IMG/VR virus record: IMGVR_UViG_3300042471_000812 | Origin: an uncultured virus (IMG/VR IMGVR_UViG_3300042471_000812) | Taxonomy: Duplodnaviria > Heunggongvirae > Uroviricota > Caudoviricetes | Length of the DNA stretch: 20,000 nt | Strand: one strand, 5' to 3' | Shown here: positions 1-9,400 of the stretch, piece after piece | Numbering within the stretch: the stretch's first letter is position 1 | Layout: each line of letters starts with the position of its first letter | Program-made: the position numbers and the translations under genes | Notes under the pieces: generated by a model | What the model saw: only the letters and a program-made list of their open reading frames with translations | Databases searched by the model: none | What the model was told of the DNA's origin: nothing

Positions 1-489
1 AAGTCCTTTACTATTGGCGAGGAGGGTTCTCGTACTGGTTATGGTGAAAATGTTGAGTCTAATACTTTCAATATGAAAGTTAATAGGTTGGAAACTGTGG
101 AAACTTATACTGGTGATAAGATTTTGACTGTTGGTTTATTTAGAATGGAAAAGGGGGACATTATACCCCCAGAAATATCAAAATACGTTCCTTCTGATAA
201 AACAGAAAAAAGGGTTTTTGTTGTCGGAGAGGTGCAAACTTCATATAAAACAAATGTAGGGACAAGGGATAGTGGTGGTACTGTGTATGTTCCTGCTACT
301 AAGCAAAATATAAGTGCCATTATTTCAAAGCTTACTCCATCAGACAAGGAAACAAGAAAGATGCTTGAAGATATTAATACTGGCAGGCAAAAGCTTGGTG
401 ATGGTAGGATAATCGGCGCAGCAACGAAGGGCGCCGAAAGGCAACCTAAGAGTGGTTTTAGTTTGTTAGAATTTGATAATATAGCATAA
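1..489 (+). CDS. 3' part of a hypothetical phage protein (possibly virion/ejection-associated), truncated by the window start
   Basis: The frame of ORF 73..489 is open back to base 1 (KSFTIGEEGSRTGYGENVESNTFNM...), so ATG 73 is probably internal. The TAA stop overlaps the next ATG (TAATG). Confidence 0.75.
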   Translation, partial: KSFTIGEEGSRTGYGENVESNTFNMKVNRLETVETYTGDKILTVGLFRMEKGDIIPPEISKYVPSDKTEKRVFVVGEVQTSYKTNVGTRDSGGTVYVPATKQNISAIISKLTPSDKETRKMLEDINTGRQKLGDGRIIGAATKGAERQPKSGFSLLEFDNIA

Positions 490-3400
490 TGAGTAAAGAG
501 ATACTAAAAGGCATATTTGAGGAGAACATAGCTCCTGTGCGTGAAGACATAACCTTTGAGGGTTGGGTAGATAAGATTAGGGATAACGAGGAGTACAAGG
601 TGGGTTTATTTGAGAACTACGTCCAGCCGAGTATGCCTGAGGCCACATTTGAGGAGTTTAATTCTAATGCGTTTGGAAGCCTGGGAAAGGTGGAGGCCCC
701 ACTTGCTGGGGCGCAATCCGAAGAAAGTTTTTCCCCTACCGAATCCGTATCGAGCGAATTTGAGGTAGGGCCACCTGCTGGGGGAACGCCTCCCGGTGTT
801 GAGCCAAAGGGTGCGCCGGTTGCTGAGGCTGCTGCGTTGGTTGGGGAGGTTGGCTCAGAGGGTGAGCCTACGATTATTGGGCAGGAGTTAGACCCTTACA
901 CGATTGTTGAGGAGGACGATAGGAATTTCTTTGAGCGTCTTTTTGGCGAGGAGCGTTATCGCAGGGTAACGGAGCGTGCGGTGGAAACGATACCGGCTTT
1001 GACTAGGTTATTTGGCAAGGCTGCTGCGAAGGATGTTCAGGAAGAGATAAATGATTTAGGTAGGGCTATGGAGGCTGACCCTGAGTTTGTGATTAAGGCT
1101 TCGCAGAATGGTCTTTTCACTACGAACAATTTAGCCACGTATTTAAGTCAAGAGGCTGCCGGGGATAAGAAGGGCGCCGAAGAGATAAATATGTTTTTAG
1201 AAAAGGGTGCAACGGGCAAGACTACTCAGTTTGAAAGGTTCAAGACGCTATATGCTCCAATCGAAAAAGAGCGCAACGAGGCTATACAAAAAGAGTTATT
1301 ATCCAACAGAGATTATGTAGCGTTAAGGGGAAAGATAGATGCTGAGTTTAATAGTCAGCGAGTAGGTGTTGATGAGAAGTATGATTTTAAGGCTTTGATG
1401 GGTGAGGAGTTTAAGGTTGGCGAGAAGGAATTGTTGGGCAAGTACGAATCTGCCACGCTTGCTTTACCTATGCAATTAGAAACCAAGGCGAGTGAGTTGA
1501 AGTTTGACTATCAGACCAAGGTGAATAATGGGCAGATGGGTGTTAACGAAGCCAATGAAGGCTTAAAGCGTGATTTAGATGCTTATGGTGCGGAGTTGCA
1601 GAAGCAGAGTGATGAGGCGTTGGGGGAGTATAATTCCGGCGTTAGCGCCTTGGCCGAAAGGGTACAAAAGGGTGTTAAGGATAAGCCAGAGTTCAAGGCT
1701 TACATGGACGAGTTGAACGACTTGCGTAATGGGGTTGTTGAGAGTTTTTCTGGCGATTACCAAAAGATTCAGCAGGCGGTGTTCAACAATATTGCCCCTA
1801 AGTACAACTCTAAGATTGAGAGTGCTATAACGAATAGCATGAAGGGTGAAACTCCTTTGCTTAACAAGTCTGGGGTAAAGGGTAATATTGACAAGATTTT
1901 GGGAAATAGGGGTTGGGATTACTTACCTTTCGACCAGAAGAAGGCTGCGTTGGATACTATGTTTGGCACTGCCTTATCTAAGTTAAAGCGTAGTGGTGTT
2001 CAGATAAACGATGGTGTTGTTGCTGGGTTGCGTGCTGAGTTTGACGATGCGTTTATGGATAGGGCGTATTTTACCAAGAAGGGTACTCCTTCTTTGTTTA
2101 TGGTAAAGACGCGTGCTATTGAGGAGGCTGAACGTCTTGACGAGATGCTTAAAGAGCGTGAGGCAAAGACTGGCACTAAGACATACACTTCTGGGATATA
2201 TGGTTCGGAGTTTGGTGTTGGCGGTATGGGTTATGATGATACTGACGTTCAGGAGTTGCGGTTAGCGAGGGAAAAGTTACAGGAGATAATTGAGATGCCT
2301 GAAACGATGTCGGATAATGAGTGGTCGAATTTTTGGAATGGGTTAACTTCTGGGAAGGTTGTTGATTATTTGCCTTTTGTTTCTGGGTTAAAGAATTTGA
2401 GTGGCACGTTGGCGTTGTATCGTGCTGTGGGTAAGGACACTGAATCTGCCCGATATTTGAAAAACGCCGAAGCGTTAAATTCCACATACAAAAATATGTA
2501 TGAGGTAAACAACATGGCTTCGGATTGGTATAGGGCTGGTAGGGGTACTGCCGAGAGTTTACCTTTTATGATGGAGTTTGCTGCCACCGCAGGGATAGGT
2601 AGTGGCGTAAGGATAGCAACTGAAAAGGTTGCTGTAAAGTTGCTTGGCAAACAGGCAGAAACGATGGTTGGCAAGTCGTTTAAGGTTCTTGCTGGAACGC
2701 TTGTTAGTTCGTTAGCGCAAACCACGTTAAACCCTCAGCGTTATGTAGATGAAACGTTGAAGCGTATGACGCCCCAGATGACTATTGCGTTTTCTCCTGA
2801 GGGTGATGATTTGGTTGCCATGTTAGACAGCAGTGATGCTGAGGGTGGCTTTGAGGCTGCGTTAAAAGGTTTTGGTGTAACCGCTTCCGAGTATTTCTCT
2901 GAGGGGTTAGGTTTTGCGGGAGCGAGGGCAATGAAAGCGTTGGGGAGTAAGATGTTGCAGAATGAGTTTTTGAAGAAGGCGTATGTGGGTTGGTATATGA
3001 GCAAGTTCAATTTAGATACACCTACTGCGTTTAAGAAGATTGCGGAGATGGGTGGTTGGAATGGATTTTTGATGGAGTTTGGCGAAGAGCTTGTAAACAT
3101 ACCGTTGACCAATTTGATTACTGGTGATGCGAAGGTAATGGAGGGCATCATTAAGGACGGGGAGTTTGATACTGAGAACTTGGCCGATATTGCTCGCACC
3201 TTATTGCCTATTAGCCTTGCTGGCGGTTCAGTTAGTTTGGGTGGTTTAGCTATCAACAAAATAGCCCCTGAGGGCGTTACGGTAACGTATAGGGACATTA
3301 ACAACCTGCCTACTACCGAAACCATTAACAAGGGTGTTTGGGACGCTGTAACTGAGGTTATGAAGTCTCCTTCCAAGGTGCGTGATTTTATTGCGAATGA

Positions 3401-6400
3401 GTTACCTAAGTTAAAGGTAGATGGTAAGGGTAGGGAGTTAGTAACTTCTATGTTAGAGCGTTCTGCTATTGAGTTTGATAGGGGTGTTGTTGGTGTTGGT
3501 ACGCGTCAGGTTGCTGAGGCTACTTCTCCTTTGGAGGTAACTTTCGAGCCTATTCCCGAAACGGGGGGCGCGCCGAAGGTTGAAATAATTGCCAAGCGTA
3601 GGCAGAAGTTAAACAAGGACAGGACTAAGTTAGTACCTACTGGTGGTTTTGATTATTTCGCAAAGGTAGGGGATAGAGAGGTTAAGTTAAGTGATGCTGA
3701 GTATAAGGCATATAAGGATAGCGGTGTGTTGCCTGAGAGTGTTTCGGCGGTTGAGGCTACTCCGAAAGTTGAGGGGGAGGCTGTTACTCCTGAGGCGGTT
3801 TCTCCTGAGGTTCCTGCGTTAAGAGATGTAGAGAGTACGGCTGAGGCGTTGGAGGGGGTTAATAATAAAAACCCACAAGAAATTATTGACGCTTCAAAAA
3901 AAATAGACAAAGTTGAATATATTGAAGAAGGTGAAGCAAGGGAAATTATAGAAAGTTACACTCATTATAAAAGTGGGAACTCAAAATCTCCAGCAACAAG
4001 ATGGGCGGGATGGTTTCAATCTATAAACGCAGCAAATAAAAAGTTTATAGTTGAAGATATACAAAATGACCCTAAATTAAGAAATGCAATGCTTTCTTTA
4101 TTTTTTGATGTATATAAGTCAGAGTTAAACTTCAAGGGCTCTTTTGATGATTTTTTAAATACCGAAATTACTCTTTATAGGGGTGTTACTTTGGCTGATA
4201 AAAAGGGCGTTGGCCAAGAAGGATTTTCAGCTTTTTCTACTACAAAAAATAGGGTTTCTGCATACGCTGATGAACAAGCCATAGGCAAAGGACAAGTTAA
4301 AGAAATTAAAATAAAGCCCATTGATACTTATGGTGCTGTGAATTATATTGGAGGTGGAGAGATAGAGGTTTTAGTCCCAACTGAATTTAAAAATGAAACA
4401 ATAAGGCAAGATTTTATCAGGCTTTTAGAATTAAATATAGGATTGTTTAGTGAAGAGCAAACAGAGCTGCTTGAGAAATACTACGACAAAGAAGATTACA
4501 TATCTGGATTGGCATTTATCAAATCTATAATTTCTTCCAAACCAAAACAACTTTCCGAAGCCTACCACAAGGCGAAGGAGGACGGAAGCAATCCTGAGTT
4601 AGTTAGTGCGGTAGAGGAGTTGTTAGGCAAACCCACCCAAACGCCCGAAGTCGCCGAAGGGCAACCTGCCGAGGTTATTTCCCCAGAGGTAGCGGAAGTG
4701 TTATCAACCGAGGACACCACACGTATTGCGTTAGAATCGCTAGAGGTGTTACCTGAGGGCATAGAGAGTGCCGAGGAAGGTGCGCGTATCTACCACGAAG
4801 CGATAGGCAAGGAGGAGCGTACTGAGGCTGAGGACGCTGTTGTTATGGCGGTGGAGGATGCGGTTATTGGTGGTGCGGTTGTGCCTGAGGTGGAAACTCC
4901 CGAAGCGGTAGAAACCGCCGAAACAGTTACCCCCGAAGAGGTATCTACCGAGGGTGTTACCCCAGAGGTTCCTGGGGTGGTGGAAGCCGCCGAAGGGCAA
5001 AGGCAGCCAAGTCGTGTAGCCACCTTTTTCTCTGGTGCAGGCACAATGGAAGCGTCTTTACCCAACGCCCAATCTGTTATGGCTGTTGAGTTCAACCCAG
5101 CGTACGTTGAAGCGTACAACAAAGCCTTTGGTGTTGAGTATGAAGCCAAAGATGTTAGGGATATTAACCCTGAGGAAGTGATAGCTTCTAAGCCGGACAT
5201 ATTCCATGCTTCTCCTGTTTGCAAGAACTTTTCGGCGGCCAAGAATAAACGAACAGTTTTGAAGTCAGATATGGAATCGGCTGATGCTGTTGCGAGGGTT
5301 ATTCGTGAGGCACAACCACCGATTGTAACGATAGAAAATGTTCCTGACTACCAAGGCACTGTTCCATTTGAAACAATAGTAAAGGCGTTAGAAGATGCGG
5401 GCTACACCTTTGATGTTGGAGTTTACAACTCTGCGGATTTCGGTGGTGTTCAAAATAGGGAGCGTCTGTTAATTCGTGCTGTGAAGAGTGGCGAACTGCC
5501 ACCTATCCAAGAGAAAACTGCTCCTGGGGATTGGTATTCTGCAATAGAGGATTTGATTGAAGGCGCTCCGGATTCAAAGTTTGAATCTAGGAGTGAGAGT
5601 GAGAATTGGGAGATGACTAGGATTAAGGATATGGTGCGTAAGGGTAAGTTAGATGCAACCAAGCCAATCATTACTATGGGTGGTTCTGCTTCTAGCGGTG
5701 TGGCTGCTGCTGCCAATGCTGGCGGCCCTGCGCCTACGTTATTAAGCACTTCGCGTTCTGTTCCAAGGATTATTTTGCCTGATGGCACAGTTAAGAGGGT
5801 AACTCCTGAGATGATGCGTAGGCTTATGGGATTGCCTGAGAGTTATCCTATACCTTCCAACCCAAAGATTGCGAAGGAAGTTTTGGGGAATGGCGTTGAT
5901 GGAGCGTTTACTAGGGCGTTGATTGACCCGTTGTTGAATCGCGCCGAAACGCAACCCAGCGCCGAAGCGCAACCCAGCGCCGAAGGTTTAACTTCTAAGG
6001 AGAAAGCAGAACAAGCCAACAAGCGCGCCGAAGAGATAGCCGAAAAGATACGCAAGAATTTAAGAGGTAGGGGCGGCATTACAGGCATAACGCCTTTTTC
6101 TCGCGCCAAGCGTTTAGCGGAGGTGGATAGGGCTACCCTTGCGTTGATTAAGGATTACATTTACCAAAAGGTTCTTGCCGGTGCATACACCTTCAAGGAT
6201 TTTGTGGAGGATATGAAGGAGAACAGCAAGCGGATTTTTGGTGTGCAGATTGAGGTTGCTAATTCTGATAAATCAATATTCCATTCAGCGCAGTCTCGTT
6301 TTGAGATAAACGATGCTTTTGCTCAGGAGATATTGGATTTGAAAGATGATTTTCTCTTTTCTATTGCCGCTATGTCTGGCCGAATGAATATGAATTTTCA

Positions 6401-9400
6401 GGAGTTTATATCTTCAAATAGTGCATTGGTTAACGGATTTGTGAATCGCGCCGAAAGCATTTACGGTTTAGACGATCAAGCTATGATGTTAGTGCAAGAG
6501 ATGTACCAAGACGCGTTACGTGCTGCTGCCAACCGCGCCGAATCGTACACTACTCTAGAAGATGTAAAGAAGTTCCACGAAACCAAGGAAGAGTTGTTAG
6601 GCTTAGAGAGGGACATGGAAAGGGCGCGTATCAACGAAGAGATAAAGCGTAGGCGTAACTGGTTGAGCAGAAACTTTGACAAGTTCCAGCGTGCGTTTAT
6701 TACTCCTGTGAAAAACTTTAATCGTGCGTTTGGGTATAGGGCTGGTAAGTTTTCCGATTACAGAACTTCGCAAGAGCGTGATGTATATTCTGCACGTAAG
6801 TATCGTATGGGTGCTTCCACCAAGGCAGGCAATTGGTACAATGCTATCCACAACAAGATTTATGGTGGGTTGTCTTGGTTTGAGAAGGTAGAGTTAGACA
6901 AGTATTTGATTTATCGTAGGATTGTAGAGGTTTCTGAGGTACGCAATCAAAGGGCTGCGGAGTATAAGAAACTCGAAGCTGAATTAGCGGCTGGCGTTAC
7001 TCCGGTAAGAAAGCAAGAGATTAAGGAGGCTATGGCGGAGCTTGAAAAGGCGGGCATGGGTGAGGTTAAGAGTGGTTCGATTATGGTTGATGGTAAGAAG
7101 GAGGAATACACTGTTGCGCTTGCTGAGGCGTTTGTGAATGACATAAACGCTCGTAATGATGCTTTGGCAATCAAAATTAGGAATCGCGCCGAAATGTACA
7201 CTGAGGCTAACAATGAGTTGTTAAAAATGCGTTTAGATTCAGGCGAAATATCTCAGGAGGCTTACGATTCAATGCAGAAGCGTGATTATGTTCGCAGGTT
7301 GTTTGTTGACCTTTCAAACACAACCTTAGATGAAGCAAATTATTCCCCTGTATCTAAAGAGATAAAAGCTATCAAGGAAGGTAGTGAGGACGCAATATTG
7401 GAGATGGATACTCAGGCTTTGTTGCAGATTAACGCTCAAATAACTTTCGATAGTGTTGCTAAAAACAACTTCATTAAAAAGGTTGTTGGTTGGTCGGAAG
7501 CTAAGCAGCAGGATTATTTAGACAAGGCGCTTGAAAAGTTCAAGGACGCTCGTGCTAGAACGGAGAGGTATCTTCGTTCTAGTCCTAGGCCATTAACTCA
7601 AGACGAGATAGACAGATTCATAAAGGAGCAGACGTTATTTATTCCTTTGAGTAATGATGCGAAGGTTCCTAGTGGGTTTACTGCGCAGAAGTATTTTGTA
7701 GATGGTGTTGAGAAGAGGGTTGCTGTTCGTAATGATATTGCAAACATATTTCAAACGCCAAGTGGAAGGGGTATTAACGAGAACAGTTTTGCTATTAAGG
7801 CTATATCTGCGCTTCTTTTAACTCCGGTCATTAAGGCTTCGGCGGTATTTGTAAACCCAGCGTTTGCGATAGGTAACTTTGCCCTTGACGTAATTCATGC
7901 GTCAATGGTTACTAGGGATTTGTATAAGTCGTTTACTTTTAACCTTGGTACTATTTTGGCAAAGGCTACGGGATATACTGCGGAGAACATATATCGCAAG
8001 GCGGTGAAGTATGGTGCTTCCCTTTTTGGTAGAACTGCCAGGGATTCAAAGTTCGAGCGTCTTGTAAAGGATTACTTTGAGCATGGTGGAGGTATGTCTG
8101 GCCTTTCCAATCCTTCGTCAAGAATGTATAGTGATAAGCTGTCTAGTAGTGCTTTGCGTAGGAGCTTTGGTGATGCTATGGATGGTATTATTGCTGTGTT
8201 GGACGTAATAAATTCTTTGCAATCGGGTTCGGAGCTTATTACTAGGGTTATTGTTTATGAGGCTGCATTGGATAAAAACATAGCGGCGTATAGGGAGAAG
8301 AATGGTGTTGACCCAGTTGGGGAGGATTTAGCGTTAATGAAGATGTCTGCGGCGGCGAGTTCTGCTGATTTGATTGATTTCAGGGAAGGCGCCGAAGCAA
8401 CAAAAGCGTTCGACCAAACCCTTCTGCCTTTCTTAAACGCTATGATTCAAGGTGCCAAGGCAGAGATTGATTTTGCATCCAAGAATCCTTTACTTGCTGC
8501 TGCAAGATTGGCAGAGTTTGGAGGTATGGCACTTGGGGCTGCTCTGTACAATGCTAATTCCGGAGATGAAGATGAAAAAGAGGGTATCGTTGGCTACAAT
8601 GGTATTACCGATTACATAAAGTCGAACTTCTTTGTAATGATGATGCCTTGGACTAAGAAGAATGAGCGTGGGGAAATTGTCCGTCCGTTCATATCAATTA
8701 AGTTGCCTGCTGCGTTAAAGGCCACGAACATTTTGGTTAGCGGTATGGTTGCTGACCAAGGGGCGGAGAATACTATTGGCCAAATGGCAAGTGCGTTAGA
8801 GGGTGGTTATGTTCCTGAGATTGGTTCTGTATCTCCTACCGCCCAGATTTTTATGGCTTTGAATTACAATAGGGATGCGTTTAGGAAGGGCGCTCCGGTG
8901 TATCGTGGTAGGGCAGACGTGTTATTAACTGAGCGTTTCAACGCAGGGGAAACGAAGGCTATTTATCGTGATTTGTTTGGTGCTATGTATGATTTAATCA
9001 ATGAGGATGGCGAGAATGAGGGTGTTTTAGGTTTTGATGAGGCGGGGCCGGCGCAATGGCAAGCGGCTTTCGAGAAGGCAATATCTTCAAACAATCCATA
9101 CTACCTTGGCATTACGTCCACCTACGCGACCATATCTTCGCTATACGGCAAGGATAATAAGAAAGAGGTAGATGCGCTTATGGACGAGAAGTTTGCTGCC
9201 TTAAATGCGTTTGGGAGCAGAGTATATCGCGAGCCGAATAGTAGTGTTCAGCAGAAGAATATGAAGGATAGGAAACAGGTTGATTTCCTTCGCGACCAGA
9301 TAGGTTCTTGGCAAAAAAAGAACGATGATGCTATTGAGTTTGCTGCCAAGACGATACGGGATATTAACAAGTTAGAGGGTAACTCGAAGAATGTTAAAAT

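Noticed and set aside
3861..4550. Intein or intron explanation for the AT-rich insert
   Set aside because: There is no Cys/Ser start with His-Asn end, no LAGLIDADG/HNH motif, and the frame is uninterrupted; ART motifs explain it better.
5941..6044. CRISPR-like array from the repeated GCGCCGAA units
   Set aside because: The units are short, in-frame coding repeats without unique spacers of regular length, and no cas genes are present.
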